Shown in pieces: positions 52,986 through 63,054 of a stretch of DNA of 64,000 nucleotides; within the stretch, counting starts at the first letter, position 1; every line of letters starts with the position of its first letter. Origin of the DNA: Dehalococcoidia bacterium (GTDB lineage: Bacteria > Chloroflexota > Dehalococcoidia > Lucifugimonadales > Australimonadaceae); NCBI GenBank assembly GCA_034422795.1, contig DAOUJK010000022.1, positions 70,556 through 134,555 on the forward strand, in the 5' to 3' direction. Below the pieces are notes generated by a model. That model was not told the DNA's origin. It saw nothing but the letters and a program-made list of their open reading frames with translations, and made no database searches. The position numbers and the translations under genes are program-made.

Positions 52986-55040
52986 CTACGTCACGTCGAT
53001 GATGATGTTCAGGTAGTCGTCCACCAGGGCACGTTGGCCGGGGTAGACAACGGTTGTGGAGTCGAGCTGGTCAACGATGGCTGGGCCGTCGAAGCGATGG
53101 CTGGGTGCGAGGAGGGCGCGGTCGTAGACGGGACAGGGGACCACGCCCTGGGCGCTGTCGAAGCAGACGTCCCGCTCGCCCACGCGAGCAACGCGGGAGT
53201 CGGTGTCGGCGTGCGCCTGCCGCTTGAGCGTCGCCTTGGGGACGACAGCGGAGGCGCGCAGCCGGTAGTTGACGGCTTCAGCCTCCTCATCAGCCGCGGC
53301 ATGGCCGAACGTCTGCTCGTGCGTGGCGTCGAACCGCGCCCGCGCGGAAGTCACGTCCTGCTGCGAGACCCGGCTCTCGGCGCCAAGCGGTATCGTAAGC
53401 TCGTAACCCTGGCCAAGATAGCGGATGTCTATGCCGAACTCCAGGCGCAACTGGTCCAGCGCATAGCCTTCCGCAGTGAACTCGCGCTCCGCCTGCGCGC
53501 GCAGGTCCTGCATGATCCCCGTCAACTCGGTTGCGTCCAACTCGGACATCAGGCGCAGGCGGGAGCGGACGTAGTCATGGCGGGGGTCAGCCATGAGCAG
53601 GCCGAGCGCAGAGGTAACGCCGGGCGCGGGCGGGACTATGACCTTCGACATCTTGAGGTCGGCGGCGAGCCTGCCTGACGGCACCGGGCCCGCTCCGCCG
53701 AAGGCCACGAGCACGAAGTCCCGCAGGTCGTAGCCCTGCTCCGTGGAGACGGCACGGATACCTTCCTCCATCTTCGCGTTGATGATGCGGATGATGCCTT
53801 CCGCTGTCTCCAGCGTGCCGAGCCCCAACCGACCAGCCATCTCCGCGATAGCACGCTCGGCTCCGTCACGGTCGAGGCTCACGCGTCCGGCGAGTTTCGA
53901 CTCCGGGTTGAGGAAGCCGAGCACGAGGTTCGCGTCGGTAACGGTCGGCTGCGTACCGCCCTTACCGTAGGCAACGGGACCGGGGTCAGCCCCGGCGCTC
54001 TCCGGTCCGACCCGGAGTCCACCGCCGGACTCGACGGTCGCGATGGTGCCGCCGCCCGCGCCGATCGTATTGATCATGAGCATGGGGACAGCCAGCTCCC
54101 AGTTCCCGATACGCCCGCTCGTGGTCTCCAGGACACGTCCCTGCTGGCCTAGAGCGATGTCCGTGCTGGTGCCGCCCATGTCGAGCGAGACGACGTTGTC
54201 GAAGCCAGCGGTGGAGGCCACGGCCATCGCGGCCATCGCTCCGGCGCAGGGACCTGAGAGCACGGTCGTCACGGGCGTGACGCTCCCGATGCGGGCGACG
54301 CCGCCATTGCTCTGCATCACGTAAAGGGCGTCGCTCGTCACTTTCTCGGCTCGGACGCGCTCCTCCAGCGTGGCGAGGTACGTGCCCATCTTCGGGGAGA
54401 TGTAGGCATTCGCGACCGTCGTGCTGAGCCGGGGGAACTCGCGCATCTGCGGCAGCACCTTCGAGGATAGCGAGACGGTCGTCCCCGGCAGCTCGCGCTC
54501 GATGATCTCAGCGATGCGCTCCTCGTGTTCGGGGTTGAGGAAGGAGAAGAGGAGCACGACTGCGATGGACTCCACACCACGACGTCCGAGCGAGCGCACC
54601 GCCTCTGCCGCGGCTTCCTCATCCAGCGGGACGACGGTCTCGCCCTTGTAGTTCACGCGCTCCTTCGCCTCGCGGCGATACCGAGGGAGGACGGGCGGCT
54701 TCTTCTCCACGTAGACACTGGTGGCGCGGGAGGAGTCCTCGCTGGGCGCCAGGTGCCAGACGTCGTTGATCGCGCCGAAGCCCTCGGTCACGAAGAGGCC
54801 GACGTGGGCGCCCGCGCCAGTGAGCAGCGCGTTCGTCCCGACGGTGGTGCCATGGGAGAGCGAGAGCACATCGGCAGGAGCGACACCGTTGGCGAACGAC
54901 TCACGGATGCCGTCGATGATGGCCCTGCCCGGCTCGTCAGGGGTTGAGGGGAGTTTCAGGACCGCGAGGGCTCCGGTGTCCTGGTCCAGGACCACCATGT
55001 CCGTGAAGGTGCCCCCGGTGTCTACAGCGATGGCCTTCAT
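52986..55040 (-). CDS. hyuA: hydantoinase A / oxoprolinase family protein
   Basis: MKAIAVDTGGTFTDMVVLD and DMGGTSTD motifs. Confidence 0.8.
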   Translation of the reverse strand: MKAIAVDTGGTFTDMVVLDQDTGALAVLKLPSTPDEPGRAIIDGIRESFANGVAPADVLSLSHGTTVGTNALLTGAGAHVGLFVTEGFGAINDVWHLAPSEDSSRATSVYVEKKPPVLPRYRREAKERVNYKGETVVPLDEEAAAEAVRSLGRRGVESIAVVLLFSFLNPEHEERIAEIIERELPGTTVSLSSKVLPQMREFPRLSTTVANAYISPKMGTYLATLEERVRAEKVTSDALYVMQSNGGVARIGSVTPVTTVLSGPCAGAMAAMAVASTAGFDNVVSLDMGGTSTDIALGQQGRVLETTSGRIGNWELAVPMLMINTIGAGGGTIATVESGGGLRVGPESAGADPGPVAYGKGGTQPTVTDANLVLGFLNPESKLAGRVSLDRDGAERAIAEMAGRLGLGTLETAEGIIRIINAKMEEGIRAVSTEQGYDLRDFVLVAFGGAGPVPSGRLAADLKMSKVIVPPAPGVTSALGLLMADPRHDYVRSRLRLMSELDATELTGIMQDLRAQAEREFTAEGYALDQLRLEFGIDIRYLGQGYELTIPLGAESRVSQQDVTSARARFDATHEQTFGHAAADEEAEAVNYRLRASAVVPKATLKRQAHADTDSRVARVGERDVCFDSAQGVVPCPVYDRALLAPSHRFDGPAIVDQLDSTTVVYPGQRALVDDYLNIIIDVT

Positions 55041-55081
55041 GCTGCTCCTGCATAGATGAGGATGCGGTGGAGCCTATCATA

Positions 55082-55126
55082 GCCCCCGTCTGCGGGCAGC
55101 ACGCGTACTGCCCGGCAGACGGGGGC
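55082..55126. other. 45-nt near-perfect palindrome / hairpin in a divergent intergenic region
   Basis: GCCCCCGTCTGC-GGGCAG-CACGCGTA-CTGCCC-G-GCAGACGGGGGC gives 18 paired positions with one bulge. Confidence 0.8.
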
Positions 55127-55155
55127 CGGGACACCCGTGCGCTAGACTGTGCGCC

Positions 55156-55716
55156 ATGCCGGTCTACGCTGCGGTCTCGGTTTCCGTCGTCGTGGGGTAT
55201 CTGCTCGGTTCGCTGCCGTGGGCGTACCTTGCCGCGCGGCGGAAGGGCATCGTGATTGGGGAGGTGGACACGCGCATAGCGGGAACGGCGAACGTCTTCC
55301 GGCAGGTGGGCCGCCGGTGGGGCGTGCTCGTATTCGTCGGCGACGCTGGCAAGGGAGCGGCGGCCGTGGCCTTGGCGAACGCGATCGGAGCAGAGGGCCC
55401 GCTCGCCCTGTCCGCGCTCGCGGCAGCCATCGCGGGGCATAACTGGCCGCTGCTGGGGCTGTCGCGGTTGCCGGGCGGCGTCGGTTTGGCAACGCTTGCC
55501 GGGGGGTGCGTAGGTGCTGCGTGGCTGATCGCGCTGCCCTCGATGGCGCTCGGCGTGGGAATGATCTTCATCCTGCGGAACACGGGCGTGGGCGCGGCAC
55601 TCGGACTCGCGCTCTACGGCGTGCTGGCGCTCGTCACCGGGTTGGACCCGTGGACCATCGGCGGGCTCGCGGCGCTGGGCGTGCTGGTGGTGGCGTGGGC
55701 GAAGCTGCGGCGGTAG
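55156..55716 (+). CDS. PlsY-family (glycerol-3-phosphate acyltransferase-like) membrane protein, divergent
   Basis: GYLLGSLPWAYLAARRKGI...IAGTANVFRQVGRRWGVLVFVGDAGKGAAAV follows the PlsY layout. However, the canonical GSGNxGATN motif is degenerate. Confidence 0.55.
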   Translation: MPVYAAVSVSVVVGYLLGSLPWAYLAARRKGIVIGEVDTRIAGTANVFRQVGRRWGVLVFVGDAGKGAAAVALANAIGAEGPLALSALAAAIAGHNWPLLGLSRLPGGVGLATLAGGCVGAAWLIALPSMALGVGMIFILRNTGVGAALGLALYGVLALVTGLDPWTIGGLAALGVLVVAWAKLRR

Positions 55717-55745
55717 CAGTGGGTCGGGCTCTCGAGGGCGGGCCC

Positions 55746-56978
55746 CTAGTATCTGCTTGATCGTTCAGCGTAGACGTGATCGGGCAAGCCGTAGGTGATG
55801 CCCGCATCGTCGTATACCGATGCGCTCAGCAGGCCGACGAAATCGTCCGCCTTCGCCCTCCCGGCACGCTTCGGGAACAGCTTTGCCATCAGCTGCTTGT
55901 ACCTGACGTTCAGCCGGAACAACGCGAGCACGCCGAACGTGTGCCCCCTGGGATAACGCAACGCGGCAGCCGTCTCCTTCCCGATGAGGGCGCCGGATAC
56001 GTCGTAGACGTACTTCGCCAGGCCACGCCGCCGGGTAGGGTCGCCGATCCCGATAACCACGGGCGCCGAGTTGGCCAGCGCGTTCGCCATGACTATCGAT
56101 TCGAGTCCGTGGGGAGGTTCGCACGTGAGGCCGACTGTGAAGGTCTTCAGAGCTTCGGGCTCATCGTGGAAGAGAATGGTCTCAGGGATTCCCATAAGGT
56201 AGCCCGATCGGCGCCATATCTGCATGAAACTCGCCCGTTCCTCATCGGTGAACCGGGCGCCCAGTCGCCTTGCGTGGTACAGCAGGCGGGCTGAGAAGGC
56301 GGAGATGGCAAAGCCCGTATGCGCGGCGCTGATGGGCACGCCCCAGGCTTCCATGTCCCAGTCATCCGACTGGTTGAGCAAGCGGCGTATCTGCGCGTGC
56401 ACCAAGCGGATGCGGACAGAGAGTTTGAAGCCGTCGCCCTGCCTGTCCAGACCGCCCGGCATGAATATCTCCAGCATGTGCCGGTTATTCTGCTGCAGCC
56501 TTCTGACGCCCTGGTCGCGCAGCCGCCCGCTCAGGAAGAACGACCTGCTGATGTTGGTGGTGAACCCCTCCACCAGGACTCCGCCGACCATCCCCCCCAC
56601 GATGAGCGGCGAGTTCCGGTGGAAACTCCGGATGCCCGGCATCGGGTCTACCTCGTTGAACCAGTCGGGAAGCGAGTCCAGTCTACTGAAGAACTCCCGC
56701 AACGCAGCCGGAGCGTCGGCGAGGGCGCGCTTGTCCTCGTCCATTCCCGCCTGGATGAAGAGATACAGCTCGGCGCGTTCGAGCGAGGAGCATTCCTCCA
56801 GCATCTCGTCGGCCAGGGGGTCCCCTATGAGCGTGTGCTTGAAGTAGTTGATGGTGCGCTCGCGGTCATGCGCCAGCGCCCTCTCGACCTGCGGCAGATA
56901 GTCGGCGGGGAGCACGATGCCTTCGAGACTGTCCCCGCTCCCAGGGACAGGGGTAGGTGTTGTTTCAGGGTTCTGCAT
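55746..56978 (-). CDS. MpaB/DUF2236-family oxygenase-like protein
   Basis: SVRIRLVHAQIRRLLNQSDDWDMEAWGVPISAAHTGFAISAF resembles the DUF2236 core (RLxHAxVRxLL...W...G.PI). Confidence 0.55.
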   Translation of the reverse strand: MQNPETTPTPVPGSGDSLEGIVLPADYLPQVERALAHDRERTINYFKHTLIGDPLADEMLEECSSLERAELYLFIQAGMDEDKRALADAPAALREFFSRLDSLPDWFNEVDPMPGIRSFHRNSPLIVGGMVGGVLVEGFTTNISRSFFLSGRLRDQGVRRLQQNNRHMLEIFMPGGLDRQGDGFKLSVRIRLVHAQIRRLLNQSDDWDMEAWGVPISAAHTGFAISAFSARLLYHARRLGARFTDEERASFMQIWRRSGYLMGIPETILFHDEPEALKTFTVGLTCEPPHGLESIVMANALANSAPVVIGIGDPTRRRGLAKYVYDVSGALIGKETAAALRYPRGHTFGVLALFRLNVRYKQLMAKLFPKRAGRAKADDFVGLLSASVYDDAGITYGLPDHVYAERSSRY

Positions 56979-57197
56979 GGCGCCAATTCCGCTTCATCCG
57001 GTACCCGACACGCCACCCCCAGCAAGGATGGAACTGGTGAACGGATACGAAGACGCTATGGAAGTATAGGTTTGGGGCGATGCAGGGTCAACGCGAATGG
57101 ACAACACGTTACGTCCAAGATGTGCTACAGACGTACTACGCCAGCGCACGCATGCACGGCTGTCCACCCGCTCCCGACCGCCGCCATCGGTCGGCCT

Positions 57198-57974
57198 TCA
57201 ATGACGGATCGTCGCACCGCCCGACGCGACCACGATGTCACCGCTCACGAATGACGCCGAGTCGCTGCACAGCCACGCGCACACCTCGGCGATCTCCTCG
57301 GGCCTGCCGAAGCGCTGCATCGGCTGCGCCCGCAGCGTCCGCTCGCGGCGGTCCGGGTCCCGCGCTTCGTCGCGGGCGTACAGGTCACTGAGCATCGGCG
57401 TATCGATGGCGCCGGGCAAGATGCAGTTCACCCGGATCCCCATGGGCGTGTACTCCGCCGCCGCAGACTTGGTCAGCCCGTGTACGGCGTGCTTGCTGGC
57501 CACGTACCCCGACCCTCGCGGGAAGCCAACGAGCCCCGCCGGCGACGACACGTTGACGATGGCGCCGGAGCCGCGCGGGATCATCTGCTGCACCTCATAC
57601 TTCATGCAGAGCCACACGCCCTTCAGGTTGATGTCCATGATGGTGTCCCATTCCTCCTCCGTCTGTTCATGGACCATCTTGCCCGCGCCAAGGACCCCAG
57701 CGTTGTTGAAGGCGCAGTCGAGCTGCCCGTACAGCTCCACAGTACGGGCGACCATCGCCTGGACCTCCGAGTCCTTGCCCACGTCGGCACGAACGAACGA
57801 CGCTTCACCACCGTCCTCGCGGATGCCGCGCGCCGCTGCCTCCCCTTCCGCCTCGCGCCGGGCCGCGATCACCACTTTCGCGCCTTCCCTCGCGAACAGC
57901 CGGGCGGTGGCGAGGCCGATGCCCGAGTTACCTCCAGTGATCAGCGCCACGCGGCCATCAAAGCGTCCAGACAT
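57198..57974 (-). CDS. short-chain dehydrogenase/reductase (SDR)
   Basis: VALITGGNSGIGLATA and YVASKHAV. Start at the internal Met (MSGRFDG). Confidence 0.85.
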   Translation of the reverse strand: MSGRFDGRVALITGGNSGIGLATARLFAREGAKVVIAARREAEGEAAARGIREDGGEASFVRADVGKDSEVQAMVARTVELYGQLDCAFNNAGVLGAGKMVHEQTEEEWDTIMDINLKGVWLCMKYEVQQMIPRGSGAIVNVSSPAGLVGFPRGSGYVASKHAVHGLTKSAAAEYTPMGIRVNCILPGAIDTPMLSDLYARDEARDPDRRERTLRAQPMQRFGRPEEIAEVCAWLCSDSASFVSGDIVVASGGATIRH

Positions 57975-58193
57975 CGGTGTCCTCCTCGCCGACCGAGTGC
58001 GCCCTATGTTCGCCGCACGCGGCCTGCCGCACAAGCCAGCGCGAGCAGTGCGGCGACTGGCAGCGGCGGGCCTGCAAGCGTCCCCCACAGTCCGTTTCGC
58101 AGGCTCGACCCACGCATGGTCGGCACTCTCTCCATCGCTTATCATGACACCTTGAACCAGAGGTGCATCTCGGGCTGGCAGGAGGTGGGAACC

Positions 58194-59186
58194 ATGCTGG
58201 GCTTGGGACTTGCGTCAACCCACGTTGGCATGACCGAAACGCCGGAGTCCTGGAGGGCCGGCTTTGAGCGGCGCCTCGCTCGATGGCCGGAGTTGAAGGA
58301 CTCGCTCCCGCTCCAGTTGAAGGTCGAGACCGACGAGGTGATGGAAGGCTACCGGCAGCGGGTCGCCGCCGCCTTCAAGGTGCTGCGCGAACAGGTGGAG
58401 GCCTACAGGCCGGACGCCATCATCATGGTAGGCGACGACCAGCACGAGATATTCGACCACAGCAACGTGCCCGCGCTGGCCATCGTCACGGCGGAAGAGA
58501 TCTGGGGCACGCACCGGGTCGCCTACGGCTCGACGGAGGAAGGACCGAGGGTCGAGTACAAGACCAATCCTGAGCTCGCCCGCTACATCGCGAAGGAGCT
58601 CTTGAGGAAGGGTTTCGATCTGGCCAACCTGATCACTCTTGTGCCGCGGGGCAGCACCAGGGAGAAGGGGCTGGGGCACATGATCACAGGCCTCGTCCCG
58701 ATGGTGGACCCGGAGTACCGGATCCCCATCATTCCCCTCTACATCAATGAGTACTTCGCTCATCACAACGACTACTACCTGCCATTGCCGACTGCCGAGC
58801 GGTGCTACAACCTTGGCGTGGCGCTGGCCGAGGTCCTGGCAGACAGGCCGGAGCGCGTCGCCATCTACGCGTCAGGCGGCTTGTCGCATCCCGCCTCGGG
58901 AGGGGTGCCCCGCACGGCGGAGGGCGGCCTGCCGAACAACCTGCCGCTGGGCTATGTCGACGAGTTCCTCGACCGCTGGTTCCTGGACTGCCTGGAACGC
59001 AACGACAGCGACGCGATGAAGAAGCTGTTCATCGTCGACTCCGAGACGGTCCGTGCGGGAAGCGGCGAACTCCGGGCCTGGATCACCGTGGCTGGCGCCA
59101 TGGGCCGTCCCGCCAGGGTCCTGGACTACATGGCCCACTGGCACCAGGTGTGCGGCCTCGGCTACGCCTACTGGCCGCCCGAGTGA
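58194..59186 (+). CDS. class III extradiol ring-cleavage dioxygenase (LigB family)-like protein
   Basis: Start at the ATG preceded by GGCAGGAGGTGGGA. DAIIMVGDDQHEIF...VAIYASGGLSHP fits the LigB-type pattern as I recall it. Confidence 0.55.
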   Translation: MLGLGLASTHVGMTETPESWRAGFERRLARWPELKDSLPLQLKVETDEVMEGYRQRVAAAFKVLREQVEAYRPDAIIMVGDDQHEIFDHSNVPALAIVTAEEIWGTHRVAYGSTEEGPRVEYKTNPELARYIAKELLRKGFDLANLITLVPRGSTREKGLGHMITGLVPMVDPEYRIPIIPLYINEYFAHHNDYYLPLPTAERCYNLGVALAEVLADRPERVAIYASGGLSHPASGGVPRTAEGGLPNNLPLGYVDEFLDRWFLDCLERNDSDAMKKLFIVDSETVRAGSGELRAWITVAGAMGRPARVLDYMAHWHQVCGLGYAYWPPE

Positions 59187-59240
59187 CGAGTGTCGGAGCG
59201 GTGCTCCCGGGGATACTCACTGCGAATGCGCTGCTGATGG

Positions 59241-59326
59241 TGGTGCCGAGGGTGGGACTCGAACCCACACGCCCTTATGGACAGCAGATTTTAAGTCCGC
59301 GGCGTCTGCCATTCCGCCACCTCGGC
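59241..59326 (-). tRNA. tRNA-Leu (anticodon TAA), class II, CCA encoded
   Basis: Manual fold of GCCGAGG-TG-GCGGAATGGCAGACGC-C-GCGGA-CTTAAAA-TCTGC-TGTCCATAAGGGCGT-GTGGG-TTCGAGT-CCCAC-CCTCGGC-A-CCA. Confidence 0.9.
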
Positions 59327-59417
59327 ACGCTCCCACGATTATAGAGGCATGCCGCCGACGGGACACGGCGCCCCGGGGTTCCTTGCCCCACTCTTCCACC
59401 ACCCCTAACATGAGCGC

Positions 59418-60803
59418 ATGACGAACGCCATGTTCCGCGATCTGCCAGCAGTGAGCGACGTGCTGGCGCATCCCGCCATCGCCGCCCTGCTCGCAGAAGG
59501 CTATCGCCAGGACGTCGTGACGAACGCGGTGCGCGAGCGCATCGCCGCCGCGCGTGAAGCCATTGCCGGGGGTGCGCTACCCCCGACCGCCGAAGATGTC
59601 GCGCACGCCGTAGCGGACGCAGCCAAACAGGATGAGGCAGACTGGCCCGCGCCGGTGCTCAACGCAACGGGCGTTATCCTGCACACGAACCTGGGACGCG
59701 CCCCGCTCTCTGCCGAAAGCATCCGCGCTGCCGCCGCCGCTTCGGAGGGCTACTCGACCCTCGAACTGGACCTGCGCGACGGGAGACGCGGGAGCAGGCA
59801 CGCGGCGATCGCGCGGCTGCTGCGGCAACTCACAAGTGCTCAGGACGCCATCGCGGTCAACAACAACGCGGGAGCGGTCATGCTTGGCCTCGCAGCAGTG
59901 GCGGCAGGGCGCGAGGTCATCGTCTCGCGCGGAGAGGCGAGCGAGATAGGCGGCGGCTTCCGGATACCGGACGTGCTCGTGCAGAGCGGCGCAAGGCTCG
60001 TGGAAGTAGGGACGGTCAACAAGACCTACGCGGCGGACTACGAGCGTGCCATCACCAAACAGACTGCCGCGCTGTTGGTGGTCCACCGCTCCAACTTCCG
60101 TGTCGTCGGCTTCACGCACGAGCCGTCGCTGGCGGACATCGCGGCGGTCGGTGGAGCGCATGGCGTGCCCGTCCTCCACGATCTGGGCTCCGGAGCGTTG
60201 CTGGACACGGCGCGATTCGGCATCGGGCACGAGACGATGCCGCAAGAGAGCCTCGCGGCAGGCGCGGACCTGGTCTTCTTCTCCGGCGACAAACTGCTCG
60301 GCGGGCCACAAGCGGGGCTCGCTGCCGGCCGCTCCGACCTCGTGGCTGCGCTACGAGCACACCCGCTCGCGCGAGCCCTTCGGGCCGACAAGCTGACGCT
60401 CGCGGCGCTGCACCGGACGCTGTTGCACTACATCCGGGGCGAGGCAATGGAGAAGATCCCGGTCTGGCGCATGATCGCGGCTTCCGACGAGGCCCTCGAT
60501 GCGCGAGCCCGGTCGATCGCAGCGCGCATCGGCGCCAGTGCAACCGTCCTGGTCGGCGCGTCCAGGCTCGGTGGAGGCAGCCTGCCGAGCGACGAGCTGC
60601 CGACGCACCTCGTATGCATCGAAGCGTCGGCGGAGGGAGGGCCCGATGAACTCGCGCGGCGACTACGCGCGGGGGCGCCCGCCGTCGTGGGGCGCATCGA
60701 GGGCGACCGCGTGCTGCTCGACCCGCGCACCGTGCCACCGGAGCGCGACATGGAACTCGCTGAGGCCGTTTCGAGGGCGATCGCTACAGTCGCAGACGCC
60801 TGA
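59418..60803 (+). CDS. selA: L-seryl-tRNA(Sec) selenium transferase
   Basis: VLNATGVILHTNLGRAPL, SNFRVVGFT and FFSGDKLLGGPQAG (PLP lysine) are the SelA signatures. Confidence 0.8.
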   Translation: MTNAMFRDLPAVSDVLAHPAIAALLAEGYRQDVVTNAVRERIAAAREAIAGGALPPTAEDVAHAVADAAKQDEADWPAPVLNATGVILHTNLGRAPLSAESIRAAAAASEGYSTLELDLRDGRRGSRHAAIARLLRQLTSAQDAIAVNNNAGAVMLGLAAVAAGREVIVSRGEASEIGGGFRIPDVLVQSGARLVEVGTVNKTYAADYERAITKQTAALLVVHRSNFRVVGFTHEPSLADIAAVGGAHGVPVLHDLGSGALLDTARFGIGHETMPQESLAAGADLVFFSGDKLLGGPQAGLAAGRSDLVAALRAHPLARALRADKLTLAALHRTLLHYIRGEAMEKIPVWRMIAASDEALDARARSIAARIGASATVLVGASRLGGGSLPSDELPTHLVCIEASAEGGPDELARRLRAGAPAVVGRIEGDRVLLDPRTVPPERDMELAEAVSRAIATVADA

Positions 60804-62058
60804 ACGACGGCGCGGCAACGGTGATGAGGATGACCAACACCAGTCCGACCGAGCCGCCCATCAGCCACGCGACGGACACGCCGAGGCTCGCCGCGATGAA
60901 CCCGGCGACGACGCCCCCGAATGGCTGAAGCCCTATATCCACCATGTAGATGCCCATGACGCGCCCGCGCATGTAGTCCGGCGTAACGGTCTGCAGGATG
61001 CTGTTGTTCGTGGTCATCACCATGATGAAAAAGAGCTGTTGCACGACGAGTATGCCCCAGGCCACCCACCAGAGGTCGGTCTGAGAGAGCGCCACGACGG
61101 CCAGCCCTGCTCCGGCAACGCCCAGCAGCGAGAGGCGTCCCTTGTGCTGCACTGCATGGAACCGGGCAACGAGCACGGCCCCAACGAAGCCGCCGACACC
61201 CATGCCGACGTACATGAAGCCGAGCAGGGCTCCCTCCGAGTCGCCCAGGTCCTCCGCGACGAACACTGGCATCTGGGTCTGGATGAACGCCATCATCGTC
61301 AGCGTCGGCACGACGCTCAGCAGGATGGCGTAGCGGAGCACGGGCTCCCGCATGACGTAGCGCAGTCCTTCCTTGAGGTCGGCCAGGGGGGACTGCTCCT
61401 TGCGGCCCTCCCGGCCCTCCGCGTACTCAGCCCGGAAGGGGAGCACGAGCAACACGACGACGCCGTACATGACCGCCTGCAGGAGGAAGTTAACCTCCGC
61501 CCCCAGCAGGGCGATCATGCCGCCGGCAATGCCCGGGCCGATCATGCGCATGGAGTTGAACGCCATCGAGTTCAGCGCGATCGCGTTCATCAGCCGGTCC
61601 CGCGGCACGGAATTCGCAACCAGCGACTGCCGCAGGGGGTTGTTCAATGCCCAGCCGATCCCGCTCAGGAACGAGAAAACGTGCAGGTGCCAAACCTGAA
61701 CGACGCCGACTTGGAGGACCACCGTGAATATGGCGGCCAGGAGCGCCATGTAGGCCTGGTCCAGCAGAAGGACGATACGGCGGTCGAACTTATCGGCGAT
61801 AACTCCGGCGATGGGCGCGGCGAGCATCGGTAGAGCGCGCAGGCCCAACACGATGGAGACCTGGACCGGCGACCCGGTCATCTCGTACGCCAGCCAACCG
61901 AGCGTCACCTGCTGTATCCAGGTGCCGCTGCTCATGAAGATCGTGCCGAACCAGAGGAGCCGGTAGTTGCGGTAGCGGAGCGCAGAGAACGTCCCGCTCC
62001 AGCCCCTGGCCCGCCTCGGGTCGTCGGACGGCTCGGTGCGCTGACGAGGTGCTTGCAT
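60784..62058 (-). CDS. MFS transporter (MFS_3 type)
   Basis: YRNYRLLWFGTIFMSSGTWIQQVTLGWLAYEMTGS. It is a paralog of the 37564-38826 gene. 20-nt convergent overlap with selA. Confidence 0.8.
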   Translation of the reverse strand: MQAPRQRTEPSDDPRRARGWSGTFSALRYRNYRLLWFGTIFMSSGTWIQQVTLGWLAYEMTGSPVQVSIVLGLRALPMLAAPIAGVIADKFDRRIVLLLDQAYMALLAAIFTVVLQVGVVQVWHLHVFSFLSGIGWALNNPLRQSLVANSVPRDRLMNAIALNSMAFNSMRMIGPGIAGGMIALLGAEVNFLLQAVMYGVVVLLVLPFRAEYAEGREGRKEQSPLADLKEGLRYVMREPVLRYAILLSVVPTLTMMAFIQTQMPVFVAEDLGDSEGALLGFMYVGMGVGGFVGAVLVARFHAVQHKGRLSLLGVAGAGLAVVALSQTDLWWVAWGILVVQQLFFIMVMTTNNSILQTVTPDYMRGRVMGIYMVDIGLQPFGGVVAGFIAASLGVSVAWLMGGSVGLVLVILITVAAPSFRRLRL

Positions 62059-62171
62059 GGAGTGCCGTTAAGGTTACCAGCCTCAGGCGTACTGCGCCCC
62101 AGGCTCGAGGGCGTTGGTCCCCTCTCCCTTGAGAGGAGGCGCGCGACGGCGCTCCGCGTGGCAGAATCAGG

Positions 62172-63044
62172 ATGATGCTGTATGTATGGGTCGGGGTGGG
62201 GGTGGTGAGCGTTTCGCTCGCCTCCATCTTCATCAGGCTGGCGGACGCGCCCCCGCTCACGGTGGCGGCGTACCGCATGTGCATCGCCACCGTCATCGTC
62301 GGCGTTACAGCCGGCATCGCAGGCCGAAAGGAGTTCGCCGCCGTGCGCCGCTCCGACCTGCCGCTCCTCGCAGGGTCGGGAGTCTTCCTCTCAGCCCACT
62401 TCGCGCTCTGGATAACGTCGCTCTCACACACGTCCGTGGCAAGTTCGGTGTTGCTGGTCACGACCACGCCGGTCTTCGTTGCGGTGGGAGCGCACTTCGC
62501 CTCGCCGGACAAGGTCGGACGGCTCACGGCGCTTGCGGTGGCGGTGAGCATGGCGGGAGGCTTCATCATCGCCGCAGGCGACTGGGCGGAGGGGGAGCGT
62601 CACCTGCTGGGCGACGCGCTGGCGCTCGGAGGAGCGGTTGTGGTCGCAGGCTACCTGCTGGTGGGACGACGGGCGCGCGGACGTATCCCCAACCTGCCCT
62701 ACATCACCATCGTCTACGCGGTCGCCGCCGTTGTCCTGCTGGTAGCGGCAGTGGCGAGCGGCGCGCCCATGCTCGGCCTGCCGGCGGAGTCGTACTTCTG
62801 GATGGCGATGGCGGCGCTCCTGCCGCAGGCGGTCGGTCACTCTCTGCTGAACTGGGCTCTGGGCTACCTGCCCGCAGTGAACGTGACCCTGGCCGTCCGC
62901 GGCGAGCCGGTCCTCGCGACGCTGATGGCGATCCCGATCCTGGGAGAGGTCCCCCCGTGGACCGTGCTGCCGGGGGGCGTGTTGCTGCTCCTGGGTGTCT
63001 ACATCGCCGTGCGGAGCGGAGAGGCGCGGCGGGCCAACGTATAA
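62172..63044 (+). CDS. EamA/DMT-family transporter
   Basis: 10-TM pattern. ...SLASIFIRLADAPPLTVAAYRMCIAT... Confidence 0.75.
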   Translation: MMLYVWVGVGVVSVSLASIFIRLADAPPLTVAAYRMCIATVIVGVTAGIAGRKEFAAVRRSDLPLLAGSGVFLSAHFALWITSLSHTSVASSVLLVTTTPVFVAVGAHFASPDKVGRLTALAVAVSMAGGFIIAAGDWAEGERHLLGDALALGGAVVVAGYLLVGRRARGRIPNLPYITIVYAVAAVVLLVAAVASGAPMLGLPAESYFWMAMAALLPQAVGHSLLNWALGYLPAVNVTLAVRGEPVLATLMAIPILGEVPPWTVLPGGVLLLLGVYIAVRSGEARRANV

Positions 63045-63054
63045 TCGGCGCGCG

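Noticed and set aside
48010-53678. Long plus-strand ORFs (48010-49482, 49557-51218, 51519-53678) opposite the EamA, deacylase and hydantoinase genes
   Set aside because: Their translations are dominated by Arg/Asp/Gly/His runs. The opposite-strand genes have strong family signatures.
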